Part shown: positions 11,191 through 22,400 of the stretch, in pieces
Numbering within the stretch: position 1 is the first letter of the stretch
Layout: each line of letters opens with the position of its first letter
NCBI GenBank assembly: GCA_965238225.1
Contig: OZ250183.1
Location: 448,001-512,000 of the forward strand
DNA from: Gammaproteobacteria bacterium
Lineage (GTDB): Bacteria; Pseudomonadota; Gammaproteobacteria; Eutrophobiales; Eutrophobiaceae
Direction: 5' to 3'
Length of the DNA stretch: 64,000 nt
The notes under the pieces: model-generated
Seen by the model: the letters and a program-made list of their open reading frames with translations, nothing else
The model's database searches: none
What the model was told of the DNA's origin: nothing
Translations under genes and position numbers: made by a program

Positions 11191-12054
11191 TTAGAATCTA
11201 TTCAAATAGAACCCAGTTAGCTCCTTGCCCCAGATCAAAGCGATCCATCCTGCGCCAGCAAGATAGATCCCAAAAGGGAAAACAGCAGTTTTGTCTCGTA
11301 CTTTAAATATGATCATCACGAGACCAATGGCTGATGCTGCAATTGAAGATAATAAAATAATTAGTAGTAAATATTGCCAACCAAGCCAAGCGCCTAAAAG
11401 TGCCAAAAATTTAAAATCACCATAACCCATTCCTTCTTTGCCAGTGACTGCTTTGAAGCTCATAAATATAATCCATAGAGCTCCGTAGCCAAACATAGCA
11501 CCAATAAGGCTAGAATAAATATCTGTAAAAATACCAAAAATACTACAGGCCAGACCTAACCACATAAATGGGAGGGTTATACCATCTGGCAGTAGGTAAT
11601 GTTTCAGATCGATCATGCTTAGGCAGATTAGCGCCCATGCAAAGAATATTGCAAATAAAGTTTGCAGGCTAAAGCCAAAATGCCATGCAGTGTAGGCGCT
11701 TATCAAGCCTGTAAACATTTCAATAATGGGGTATTGAAGAGAGATTTTTATTTTACATGAGCTACAACGACCATTAAGCAGGAGATAGCTGATGACAGGT
11801 ATATTTTCTAAGACGGTTATTTTATGCTGACAGGATGGGCAATGTGATCTAGGATAAATTAAATTTATTTTCTGTTGCGTAGAATCATTTTCCATATCCA
11901 TCAATTCGCAACATTGTTCATGCCAATCCCGTTGCATCATTTTTGGGAGTCTATAGATGACCACATTCAGGAAACTCCCGATACACATACCGAGCATTGT
12001 CATTGAGAAGATAAAAAAAACTGGCTGTTCTTGCAGAAAGGATATGGTAGAAAT
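11191..12054 (-). CDS. pilD: Prepilin peptidase/N-methyltransferase (start uncertain: ATT 12054 or ATG 12003)
   Basis: GSFLNVVIYRLP, CPSC and CSSC zinc pairs, catalytic ID..YLLPD and GMGYGDFK. Confidence 0.96.
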   Translation of the reverse strand: MSTISFLQEQPVFFIFSMTMLGMCIGSFLNVVIYRLPKMMQRDWHEQCCELMDMENDSTQQKINLIYPRSHCPSCQHKITVLENIPVISYLLLNGRCSSCKIKISLQYPIIEMFTGLISAYTAWHFGFSLQTLFAIFFAWALICLSMIDLKHYLLPDGITLPFMWLGLACSIFGIFTDIYSSLIGAMFGYGALWIIFMSFKAVTGKEGMGYGDFKFLALLGAWLGWQYLLLIILLSSIAASAIGLVMIIFKVRDKTAVFPFGIYLAGAGWIALIWGKELTGFYLNRF

Positions 12055-12151
12055 TGCTATGCCTCCCGAGCGCTACTGAAGCTATAGGTCATGTTGTATG
12101 AATGGAGTTATTTTGAACAGGGCGATTTAGTAATTTTTGTGGTGTCTTACC

Positions 12152-13381
12152 TTATCCGCCAACTGACTGACCCATCTTGAATATAGGCAGATACATGCCA
12201 ATAACGATGCCACCAATCACAACACCAAGAAATGCCATAATGGCTGGCTCTAATAAGCTGGTTAACGCTTCTACCGCATCATCAACTTCCTGTTCATACC
12301 AGTCTGCGACTTTTCCGAGCATGATATCAATTGAACCTGATTCTTCACCAATGGCGACCATCTGTACCACCATATTTGGAAATAGTCCTGTGTCACGCAT
12401 GCTTGCTTGAAGTTGTGTGCCAGTGGAAATCTCGTCTCTTATTTTTAGACATGCATTATAAAAAACAATATTACCGCAGGCACCAGCAACCGATACCATA
12501 GCTTCAACTAAAGGGGTGCCAGCGGCAAACATAGTTTCTAATGTGCGAGCAAAACGGGCTATAGCTGCTTTCTCCAAGACAACCCCAATGATTGGTAGCT
12601 TAAGCATTGCTATTTCTATCGTGTTGGCGAAAGCCTTTGACGTTTCACGTAGTTTTTTTATTCCAAAAAATGCAGCAGCTAAAACGATAGCCATTATCCA
12701 CCACCATTGAACGAAAACATCAGACGTATTGACAAGAAATTGTGTCAATGCAGGCAGGTCTGCGCCAAAGCCTTCAAATAATGCTTGGAACTGCGGTATG
12801 ACAAATATCATCAAAATAGCAACAACGATACCCGCCACAACGATCACAGCAGCTGGATAGAACAATGCAGCTTTTATCTTTGATTTTAGTGCCTCGGTTT
12901 TTTCCAAGTATGTTGCAAGTTTATGTAAAATGGCTTCTAAAATACCTGCATGTTCCCCAGCTTCAACGAGATTACAATAAAGCTCACTGAACTGCCGGGG
13001 GTTTTTCTTCATTGCATCTGCCAAGTTAGTCCCTGATCCCACATCATTTTTAATACTTATAAGCAGATCCTGCATGCCAACATTTTCATGACCCCTGCCA
13101 ACAATTTCAAAGGCTTGAACCAATGGTACACCAGCGGACATCATGGTAGCTAATTGGCGGCTAAATACAGTGATGTCCTTGGGTGTTATTTTTGCACCCC
13201 CGCCCCCCAAAAGTGGCTTGGACTTTTTCTTTAATTTCAAAGGACTTATCCCTTGGCGGCGAAGCTGCGCCCTGATGAGAGCAGCAGTTCGCCCACTTTG
13301 CTCCCCTTTAATAATTTTCCCTTGCGTATCTTTGCCTTCCCATAGCCATATTTGTGCTACCTCTTTTTTTTCTGTTGCCAT
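12152..13381 (-). CDS. pilC: Type IV pilus platform protein PilC
   Basis: RQLATMMSAGVPLVQ, GEHAG.LE, GEESGS, MYLPIF; between pilB and pilD. Confidence 0.97.
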   Translation of the reverse strand: MATEKKEVAQIWLWEGKDTQGKIIKGEQSGRTAALIRAQLRRQGISPLKLKKKSKPLLGGGGAKITPKDITVFSRQLATMMSAGVPLVQAFEIVGRGHENVGMQDLLISIKNDVGSGTNLADAMKKNPRQFSELYCNLVEAGEHAGILEAILHKLATYLEKTEALKSKIKAALFYPAAVIVVAGIVVAILMIFVIPQFQALFEGFGADLPALTQFLVNTSDVFVQWWWIMAIVLAAAFFGIKKLRETSKAFANTIEIAMLKLPIIGVVLEKAAIARFARTLETMFAAGTPLVEAMVSVAGACGNIVFYNACLKIRDEISTGTQLQASMRDTGLFPNMVVQMVAIGEESGSIDIMLGKVADWYEQEVDDAVEALTSLLEPAIMAFLGVVIGGIVIGMYLPIFKMGQSVGG

Positions 13382-13399
13382 GATTTTCCTTTGGTTAAT

Positions 13400-15112
13400 T
13401 TATTCTGTAGTGACTCGGTTGACCTCGGTGAGGCTGGTAATACCCTGTTTTGCTTTTTCCAGACCAGATTTTCGGATATTCCAGATGCCTTCTTCTAAAG
13501 CCTGATCTGCCAGCTGTACTGCATTAGCACCTTCAATAATTAATCTTCTTATTGCATCCGAGATAGGCATGATCTGATATATACCTGCGCGACCTTTGTA
13601 ACCGCTGGGGCAATCACTATCACCATCACCTGCCTCGAATATTGTAATCCCGTTTTGTATTTCTTCTTCTGTATAACCTTCATCTAACAACACTTCATCA
13701 GGTAATTCCGCAGGCTTCTTGTAGTCTGGATGCAGCTTTCGTAACAGGCGTTGTGCGGTTATCAGGTTGATACTGGTAGCAACAGCAAAGGCCTGGATGC
13801 CCATATCCTGCAATCGTGTCAACGTTTGCGGCGCATCATTTGTATGCAATGTTGACATCACCATGTGCCCAGTCTGGGCAGCCTTGACTGCAATACTTGC
13901 CGTACCAAGATCGCGAATTTCGCCAACCAGAATAATATCTGGATCTTGTCTGAGGAAGGCTTTCAGAGCTTTGTCGAAGGTCATGCCTGTTTTTTCATCT
14001 ACCTGAACCTGATTGACGCCAGGCAGACTGATTTCGACAGGATCCTCTGCGGTAGAGATATTGATATCATCTTTGTTAAGGATATTGATGCCTGTATACA
14101 AAGACACGGTCTTGCCGCTACCTGTCGGGCCAGTCACTAGAAACATGCCATAGGGTTTATGTAAATTGCTCAGAAATGTATCTTTTTGATGATCCTCATA
14201 GCCTAACTGATCGATCTGCAGGGCAGCAGCATCTGAATCTAATATGCGCATAACTATCTTTTCGCCAAACAGCGTCGGGCAGGTGCTCACACGAAAATCG
14301 ATAGATTTACTCTTGGACAGTTTTAATTTGATACGTCCATCCTGTGGTACGCGTCGTTCGGAAACGTCAAGTCGAGACATAACTTTGATGCGTGCAGAGA
14401 CGTTCCTAGTTAGCGCTATAGGCGGTTTGGCAACTTCCTGTAATACACCGTCAATGCGAAAGCGCACACGATAGAATTTTTCATAGGGCTCAAAATGTAG
14501 ATCTGACCCACCTTTTTTGATGGCATCAAGCAAAACTTTATTCACAAATCGTACAACAGGGGCATTGTCAATATCGGCTTCATCTTCATCTTCACTTTCC
14601 TCTGCTACCTCCAGATTGTCTAAATCATCAAAGTCATCATCCATGTCACCTAGGCCGCCGTCTGCAGCCTCCAGTGCACTTTCAATGATATTGGTAAGCT
14701 TGCCTTCCTCGGCCATGATGGCCTCGATATTCATGCCAACAGCAAACTTGACTTCATCGAGCGCTGCCATATTAGTTGGGTCAGAAACTGCCAAAAACAG
14801 ACGTTTGCCACGCTTAAATAGTGGTAATAAACGATGTTTCCGAATAAGGTTTTCTTTGACCAACTTAATGATGTCAGGATTAATCTCGACACTCTCTATG
14901 TCAATGAGTGGAATGCCAAATTCTTGAGATGCAGCGAGGGCTATCTTGTCACCAGAGATAAGATTATTTTCAACCAAGTATGATACCAGCGGCATCTTCT
15001 TTTTAAGCGCTTCTTGGTGTGCTTTTTTGGCCGCTTCTTGCTTAAGCAAGCCATCAAGTACTAGCTTGCGTGCAAGACCGCTTAAATTAACATTTGCCAT
15101 TGTGACTGCCAT
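13400..15112 (-). CDS. pilB: Type IV-A pilus extension ATPase PilB
   Basis: SDLHFEPYE, GPTGSGKT, TAEDPVE, LRQDPDIILVGEIRD, TGH..STLHTN. Confidence 0.98.
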   Translation of the reverse strand: MAVTMANVNLSGLARKLVLDGLLKQEAAKKAHQEALKKKMPLVSYLVENNLISGDKIALAASQEFGIPLIDIESVEINPDIIKLVKENLIRKHRLLPLFKRGKRLFLAVSDPTNMAALDEVKFAVGMNIEAIMAEEGKLTNIIESALEAADGGLGDMDDDFDDLDNLEVAEESEDEDEADIDNAPVVRFVNKVLLDAIKKGGSDLHFEPYEKFYRVRFRIDGVLQEVAKPPIALTRNVSARIKVMSRLDVSERRVPQDGRIKLKLSKSKSIDFRVSTCPTLFGEKIVMRILDSDAAALQIDQLGYEDHQKDTFLSNLHKPYGMFLVTGPTGSGKTVSLYTGINILNKDDINISTAEDPVEISLPGVNQVQVDEKTGMTFDKALKAFLRQDPDIILVGEIRDLGTASIAVKAAQTGHMVMSTLHTNDAPQTLTRLQDMGIQAFAVATSINLITAQRLLRKLHPDYKKPAELPDEVLLDEGYTEEEIQNGITIFEAGDGDSDCPSGYKGRAGIYQIMPISDAIRRLIIEGANAVQLADQALEEGIWNIRKSGLEKAKQGITSLTEVNRVTTE

Positions 15113-15265
15113 ATTCTATATTATCAGCCTAATTCAAAGGAATGACACCTAAATATTGGATTATTATAGAGAAAATAAGCAAAAATTCTAGCAATCTTTC
15201 TCTATAAACGTTACTGATTATTCAATAGTGAACTCTAGGAAATTCCAGAAGAGAGGACTCTATGA

Positions 15266-15293
15266 AAAGCCTGCTGCAATTAGATTTGCAGCA
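15266..15293 (-). terminator. Probable intrinsic terminator downstream of rluD
   Basis: Inverted repeat TGCTGCAA-N6-TTGCAGCA followed on the minus strand by GGCTTTT. Confidence 0.5.
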
Positions 15294-15359
15294 CCCAATA
15301 TTTATTTTGTTGCGCCGCATCAAACTGTGGTATCACATAATAAATAGTAATCTTAAGGT

Positions 15360-16322
15360 TCATATATCTTGCTGTTTTGCATCTAACTCAAGTGCATTGA
15401 TAAGCTCTGCCATATCTTCAGGGACAGGTGCTTCCCATTGCATCATTGCATCATTTTGTGGATGCGCAAGTTTGATGGTGCATGCATGCAGGGCTTGCCT
15501 TGGAAAGGCAGTAATGATACTGGCAAGTTTTGAATCCATACCTTTTAGCAATTGTTTGTTGGCACTATACACAGGATCGCCAATAATAGGATAGCGTAAC
15601 CATGCCATGTGTACGCGAATCTGATGCGTCCTGCCAGTCTTTAGTTTGACTTTTAACTGTGTGTGATATCTGTATTTTTTTACAATCCGGTAGTGTGTCG
15701 TTGCTGTTTGACCAGTTTTTATAACCGCCATCTTGGTGCGTTGTTTTGGGTGTCTGTCTATGGGCTGGTCTATAACGCCCCCTGTTGTTATGACACCACT
15801 TACAATCGTTATATATTCTCGGTGCATACTACGTACTTGTAGCTGCTTTACCAAAGTGGTATGACTTTGTGGCGTGCGTGCAATGACCAGCAAACCGGAG
15901 GTATCTTTATCAAGTCGGTGAACGATTCCTGCACGGGGCACTTGTTCAAGTTCTTCGCTATGGTGTAACAAGGCATTCATCAGTGTGTGTTGTGGGTTAC
16001 CTGCACCTGGATGGACTACCAAGCCTGCAGGTTTGTTAATGATGATTAGGTGTTCATCTTCAAAGACAATTTCCAGAGGTATATTTTCCGGTGAGGCTGA
16101 AATCTGAACCTCTGTTTCTGCGCGTATATCGACCCGTTCGCCTCCTTGAACCTTGTCACGTGGACGCATTGTTTTTTTGTCAATCAGTGCATAACCATTA
16201 CGTATCCAGCCTTGCAGCCTGGCACGGGAATGTTCAGGCAGAAGTGCCGCTAATGCCTGGTCAAGGCGTTTGCCCGACATCTCACTAGGGATGACAGTGT
16301 TAATTTTTATATGTTCATTCAT
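15360..16322 (-). CDS. rluD: 23S rRNA pseudouridine synthase RluD
   Basis: S4 domain RLDQALA, NKPAGLVVHPGAG, catalytic HRLDKDTSG, TGRTHQIRVH; divergent from bamD. Start ATG 16322 (TTG 16352 is an alternative). Confidence 0.97.
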   Translation of the reverse strand: MNEHIKINTVIPSEMSGKRLDQALAALLPEHSRARLQGWIRNGYALIDKKTMRPRDKVQGGERVDIRAETEVQISASPENIPLEIVFEDEHLIIINKPAGLVVHPGAGNPQHTLMNALLHHSEELEQVPRAGIVHRLDKDTSGLLVIARTPQSHTTLVKQLQVRSMHREYITIVSGVITTGGVIDQPIDRHPKQRTKMAVIKTGQTATTHYRIVKKYRYHTQLKVKLKTGRTHQIRVHMAWLRYPIIGDPVYSANKQLLKGMDSKLASIITAFPRQALHACTIKLAHPQNDAMMQWEAPVPEDMAELINALELDAKQQDI

Positions 16323-16590
16323 AAGTATGTTGGGCAATGACTCGGCGCTCAAGATACACTAATGTGTGTATTTTGCACGCGCCATTTCAGGCTCGATGAG
16401 CATCCTTAAATGTGAAACCTGTAACGGGTAAATATTATTACTCCATAGTTCTGGCAAAATAAAATATTTACAAATATTTTATTTTGATAATGTTGCCCGT
16501 AGCACATTTCCCCCACATCTTTTCCTTGTAATATATTTGTGTTGGATATTTTTTGCTCTGGCTAACAGATTAAGATAGTCTTTGCTGTCT

Positions 16591-17367
16591 ATGAATAGAA
16601 TTATTATACCGTTCTTCATTATTATGCTTTCTGGCTGCTCCTATTTTCAAGATAAAGATAAAGGAGCCGATCAGAAAAATTGGTCTGCAGAAAGGTTATA
16701 CGCAGAAGCGCGCGGGACACTTGATTCTGGTAGTTATAGCAAAGCAGTTAAATTGTATGAAATACTGGAAGCCAAATTCCCATTTGGGACTTATGGACAA
16801 CAAGCGATTCTGGATTTAGCTTATGCTTATTACAAGAATAATGAACCCGACGCAGCAATATCGACCGTGCAGCGGTTTATCAAACTTTACCCGCAAAATT
16901 CTCATGTTGATTATGCCTATTACCTAAAGGCATTGGTGAATTTTCAACGCGGTAAAGGTCTTGTTGAAAGGATTCTGCCGATTGATGAATCACGGAGAGA
17001 TACTACTTCTGCCTTACAGGCATTTCAGGATTTTTCCGAATTAGTCAAGCGTTATCCGGACAGTCAATATGCTGAAGATTCCAAGCTTAGGATGACGCAT
17101 CTTAGAAATATTATGGCGCAACATGAGGTTCATGTCGCACAATATTATATGCGTCGAGGTGCATTTATCGCTGCGGCTAACCGGGCTCAATATGTGGTTG
17201 AGAAGTATGCACGTACACCTTCAATGCCCGACGCATTGGTAATAATGGCGAAGGCGTATAAGATAATGGAGCTGAGTGAATTATCTGCCGATGCAGTGCG
17301 TGTACTTGAATTAAATTATCCGAACCACTCTGGGATTCATGAAGTAAGGGCACTATTTCTTCAATAA
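16591..17367 (+). CDS. bamD: Outer membrane assembly lipoprotein BamD/ComL
   Basis: Lipobox LSGC, TPR motifs (FPFGTYGQQA, YP.S.YAED), AAANRAQYVV. Confidence 0.96.
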   Translation: MNRIIIPFFIIMLSGCSYFQDKDKGADQKNWSAERLYAEARGTLDSGSYSKAVKLYEILEAKFPFGTYGQQAILDLAYAYYKNNEPDAAISTVQRFIKLYPQNSHVDYAYYLKALVNFQRGKGLVERILPIDESRRDTTSALQAFQDFSELVKRYPDSQYAEDSKLRMTHLRNIMAQHEVHVAQYYMRRGAFIAAANRAQYVVEKYARTPSMPDALVIMAKAYKIMELSELSADAVRVLELNYPNHSGIHEVRALFLQ

Positions 17368-17460
17368 GTTATTGTCTGTCAAAAAGACAGAGGAAATTTT
17401 TTGTTTCTGAATATAAAGTTAAGATTGTTTTTTTGTTTTTTTCTATTTTTTTTGAGTCTT

Positions 17461-19095
17461 TTAATATTCTTTGTAAGCAGAAGTGATAGGGTATCTTCTG
17501 TCTAGACCAAATGCACGTTTGCTAACCCTTACCCCTGGTGCAGCCTGGCGACGCTTATATTCATTCTTATCGACCAGTGAAATAACATGTTTTACGATTT
17601 TAGCATCAAATCCTGACTCGATAATTTCAGCAGGACTCTGGTAAAGTTCGATATATTTTTCCAGTATAGGATCAAGGATTGCATAGGGTGGTAGAGAATC
17701 TTCGTCTTTTTGATCCTCTTTGAGTTCTGCACTGGGGGGGCGGCAAATAACACGTTGAGGAATAATCTGTTGTTTCTCATTTCTCCATTTTGCCAATTCA
17801 AAAACCATCATTTTGGGGATGTCTTTTAAAGGGGCAAAGCCGCCTGCCATGTCTCCATAGAGCGTCGCATAGCCAACTGACATTTCACTTTTATTACCTG
17901 TCGTAAGTACCAGCCTCCCAGATTTGTTAGAAATTGCCATGAGTAATATACTGCGGCAACGTGCCTGTATATTTTCTTCGCTTGTATCGACAGGACTGTT
18001 TGCGAAACGTTCACCAAGGAGGTCGTTAAATATAGAAAATGCATCATTGATGGGGATAATATTAAATTTTACGCCAAGTTTTTCAGCCTGTAATTTTGCA
18101 TCTTCATTGCTCATAGATGCTGTGTATTGTGAAGGCATGATTAACACTTCGACATTCTCAGCACCCAGCGCATCGACTGCGATGGTGAGAGTTAATGCTG
18201 AATCAATTCCGCCCGAAAGGCCAAGAATAGCGCCAGTGAAATTATTTTTCTGAACATAGTCTTTTACGCCTAGGACGAGCGCATTGTAGATACTTTCTTT
18301 CTCAGATAATGCAGGGTAATTGTAATCTTTTGTCACAGAAAATTTTTCATCATGTGTTTCTGAAAATCGAACCAAATAAATATCTTCTATAAACTGCGGT
18401 GCTCGGAAAATTATCTTTCCTTTGTTGTTGATCGCCATTGAACCACCATCAAAAATAAGTTCGTCTTGTCCGCCAATGAGGTTGGTATAAATTATATTTA
18501 TACCTAACTTTTGTGCACGAAATTTGAGCAATGTTTCTCTTATGGTCGCTTTTTCAAAATGGTATGGCGATGCATTTATATTGATTATTAGTTTTGCACC
18601 AGAATTTTTTGCTTTCTTAGATGGTAATTCTTCCCAGATATCTTCACAAATACTGAATGCTGTAGATATCCCATGAAGATCAAAAAGTACTGTTTCATTT
18701 CCAGAGTCAAAGTACCGTTTCTCATCAAAGACACCGTAGTTTGGCAATAATTGTTTATGATAGGTTTCTTTTATCTGGCCGTTTCTAAAAAGACTACAGC
18801 TATTGTATAGCTTGTCTCCCAATAACAATGGGTAGCCGATGATGGCATCAATCCCAGAAACTGTATCGCATATATATTTTAATGATTCTTTGATTTGTAC
18901 ATGTAGGGTAGGTCTGAGCAACAAATCTTCTGGCGGGTATGCAGTAATGGCAAGCTCGGGAAAAATTATAATATCAGCATGATAGATATCTCTTGCTTGA
19001 AGGATATTGTTGATGATGAGTTTTGTATTTTCTTTAATATCTCCTACACAAAGATTGATCTGTGCCAGCGCAATCTGAATGTCTTTTTTGGACAT
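17461..19095 (-). CDS. nadE: Glutamine-dependent NAD+ synthetase
   Basis: Nitrilase domain (FPEL, PNYGVFDEKRYF, ICEDIW) plus SGGIDSA, TGNKSE, PPSAEL. Confidence 0.97.
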   Translation of the reverse strand: MSKKDIQIALAQINLCVGDIKENTKLIINNILQARDIYHADIIIFPELAITAYPPEDLLLRPTLHVQIKESLKYICDTVSGIDAIIGYPLLLGDKLYNSCSLFRNGQIKETYHKQLLPNYGVFDEKRYFDSGNETVLFDLHGISTAFSICEDIWEELPSKKAKNSGAKLIININASPYHFEKATIRETLLKFRAQKLGINIIYTNLIGGQDELIFDGGSMAINNKGKIIFRAPQFIEDIYLVRFSETHDEKFSVTKDYNYPALSEKESIYNALVLGVKDYVQKNNFTGAILGLSGGIDSALTLTIAVDALGAENVEVLIMPSQYTASMSNEDAKLQAEKLGVKFNIIPINDAFSIFNDLLGERFANSPVDTSEENIQARCRSILLMAISNKSGRLVLTTGNKSEMSVGYATLYGDMAGGFAPLKDIPKMMVFELAKWRNEKQQIIPQRVICRPPSAELKEDQKDEDSLPPYAILDPILEKYIELYQSPAEIIESGFDAKIVKHVISLVDKNEYKRRQAAPGVRVSKRAFGLDRRYPITSAYKEY

Positions 19096-19432
19096 AAACT
19101 TAAGAACCCGTCTTTTACCTTAATGCTCTATCTATTAATGGATATGGTACACAATTCTATTAAAAATAATACCAATATGAAGATGGCTTAATGAGCAAAG
19201 TGTTTTACACAAAATGAAAAATCTTGTGATAGCAAGTGCGATATAGGGAAATCTTCTCAAGATTAAGTTCTGTTTAAATATTTTTTATGAGAAATGGATG
19301 TATCAATTTTCCTGTTGCATATTTCATTGATCACAAGATAGCGTGAGCAAAACCCTTTAGTAACATTTGTTTAAATAAATACTATTAACCCGAAGGCTAT
19401 ATCGAACATAGACAATGCGCTTATGAGTCGAT

Positions 19433-22400
19433 TCATGAGGCATTAAGCTTACCGTTTGGAGCTGTTTCTTCGTTGAGGTTTTGAGTTATGAGACCATCTA
19501 AAATTAACAATATTAAAGGAAGTGAGCTATTTTTATATAGTTTCGGGATATATTTATCCCATAGCTGTTTTGCATGTTGATTTTTTCCCAACTTTATTAG
19601 CGCCGTTAGCTGCGCAGTAAAATACAGGCGTTGTTCCTTTATGTCCCAGTAATCTTCCTGTTCAATGAGCCTAGAAGAATATGCAATAATCGATTCACTA
19701 TTTCGTTGGCTTAATGCTTTTACAAATCCTAACCAGTTTAGTTCGTCATCATTCAGACCGCCTTCACATTTTGGCGTAACAGCTTCCCATATGAGAGAGA
19801 GTTCACTAGGCGAGAGATAAGGAATAGTTAAAGTTGCAAGGGTACGTAGATTGCCAATCCATATTCTGGGGAAATCAATAGATTGGCAGGTGCTGGCAAG
19901 ACTGGTCATTAGTTTTAGCTTTGTAGCAAAATGCTGTTTTGGCGTTATTTCATCCATGTTATTCAAAGCATGAAACAATTTTTGGGCTTGATGTGTTTCT
20001 TGATTAATTACGCTGTGTATAGAATCACTGACATTTGTACGTTCCCTGTTATCTTCGTCTGGGTAAAGTATGTTGATAAAAGGAATCATATTTGTCCTAA
20101 TTGAGGTTAAGCCATAGATATTATTTTTTTTAAAGCGTGTTCGAGTGGCATTTAAGTCTAGATAGGGGAAGTAGTCTGAATTAGTCGCAGGTGCATATTT
20201 ATCTATGAAGGGGTTTAAGATGCGTTGGTCTGCAATGAACCGTACTTTTATATCTTGTATGTTATTGATACCAATTCTGGCCAGTAATTTTTTAGTTGCG
20301 GCATTATTAAATATGGCAGCCCCAGATTGCGTGATGGCATAATTATTTCGGGCAACAATAATCAAGTTGCTGCTATCTCCCGCGTATAATGAAAAATTAG
20401 AAAAATTATTTTTTAGAGCCTTAAGGATAGAAAGAAATAACCCAATATCAATCTCATAGGCTTGTATCCACTGCTCGAATATACCTTTCTCAGATAAATG
20501 ATTGCTAATGTGCTTATAAAATTCATCAGTAAAAAGACTAGAAACACCGCTTACCCATGGGTTAGAAGGCTCTGAAATAATAATGTCATAATCTTTTTTA
20601 TAAGTTGAAAAATAAGTTTTCGCATCTTCAATGTAAATTTTACTCCTAGGGTCTGTGAAAGTATTTTCTACATGTGGGCGAAAATAATTGGCACCTTCTA
20701 CTATGGCAGGTTCAATTTCTATGGTGTCCACTTGCGTTATATTCGGCCATGTGAGCAATGCATGCGCCGTTAGACCAGATCCCATACCAATATTGGCGAT
20801 TACACTTGCATCAGGATTGATAGACAATGGAAGCGTTGCAATAGTTATCATTGTTACTTCATCTGCAGAAGGTGTTTTGCTTGGATGAGTGGAAATTGAA
20901 GCATCTGGTTTGCCATTTGTCAGTATCGATATGAATCCATTTTTATATTTGACCACACCAACGGAAGTTGTTTTCGCGTCTTTGTGAAAAAGCATTTTAG
21001 AATTTGTCTCTGTTAAGCGTACTGTGCCAGTTCGGAATACAGATGCATTCATCTTGTATTTGTCGAGATCGAAAGCGAATACCAGTGCAAACATTGCGAT
21101 CCCGGAGATGGTAGTAAAAATAACCATTGAATTTTTAGCCAATGAATTGGCACGAAATAACAGGAACAATCCAAGCAGAATATCTAGACCACAAGCAAAC
21201 AGTATAGCAAATTTCAGTCCCAATAAAGGCATGCCAATAAATACGGTAAAAATTATTCCAGTGATTGCACCAAGCGTGTTACTGGCATAGATTTGTCCGA
21301 TACTTTTTTCTCCATGCCCTTGGTTAAGCATAATGAAAGTAAATAATGGCAAGGTCATGCCTGCAAAGAATGTGGCAGGCAGCATGACAATCAGGGAAAT
21401 GAAGTAGCTAGATAGAGTAAAGAGCTCATAACCAGTATCATTTCGCTCAAAGCCTGACATAAAAAATCCCATTAAATCAAATAGATAGTTATACATAGGC
21501 AATGTAAGAAACGCCATGATTCCCATGGCTATCTGAATATAGCCTGCTGCCTGTGTGGGGTTTTCAATATTCTCTATCTTGCGACTAAGCCACAGCCCTC
21601 CAAACGCAAGACCAGTGATAAATGCACTTAACATCAGCTCGAAGGCATGTGTGCTTGAGCCAAGCACCATGCTGAGCATTCTGATCCATGAAATTTCGTA
21701 AATAAATGATGCCATACCTGTAATGAAAGCAGCTAAAAGTATTAAATTGGGAAATTTGATTGAAGATAATGCAGGTTTGTTTGAAGATGATTTTTTTATG
21801 GCGTATGGTTCCTCGGTATAACCCTTTGCTATACCATAGACAATAATGGCAAGCAGAATGTTGCTGATGCCAGCCGTCAAAATGGTTCCCGGTAGACCGA
21901 CGGATTTAACGAGGTAAAAACCACTAAACAGAACACCTACAGCACCACCAATGCTGTTGGTGAAATACAGAATGCCGAGTGTTTTGCCTGGTGTATTCGG
22001 AAAGCGACGAATGATTCCATTGCTCATTAACGGAAAGGTCATGCCTAAGAGAATCGATTGCGGCAGTATGATGAGTGCCCCGATAACCCATTTATAGATA
22101 TGCACAAGATTAGGTGTGCCAAGCGACGGGATAATATTTTCGTGTGATATTGATAAGACAGTCTGAAAAAAAGGATTAAATACAACACCGAAGCAACCAA
22201 TCAAGATTTCCACCAATGCATATATAAGCAACAAGTTTGTCCATTTAACACTTAAACGGGCAGTCAGATAAGCACCAAATGCCATGCCACCCATGAAAAT
22301 AGTGAGCACAAGAGCTTGCGCGTAAGCGGCATGACCCAAGAAAAGCTTTAAATAATGTGACCAGATAGATTCATATATCAGCCCTGTAGCGCCAGATATA

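Noticed and set aside
15280-15363. Short ORF overlapping the rluD stop (MNLKITIYYVIPQF...) as a pgeF/yfiH relic
   Set aside because: Position fits but there is no recognisable motif, so it cannot be supported.
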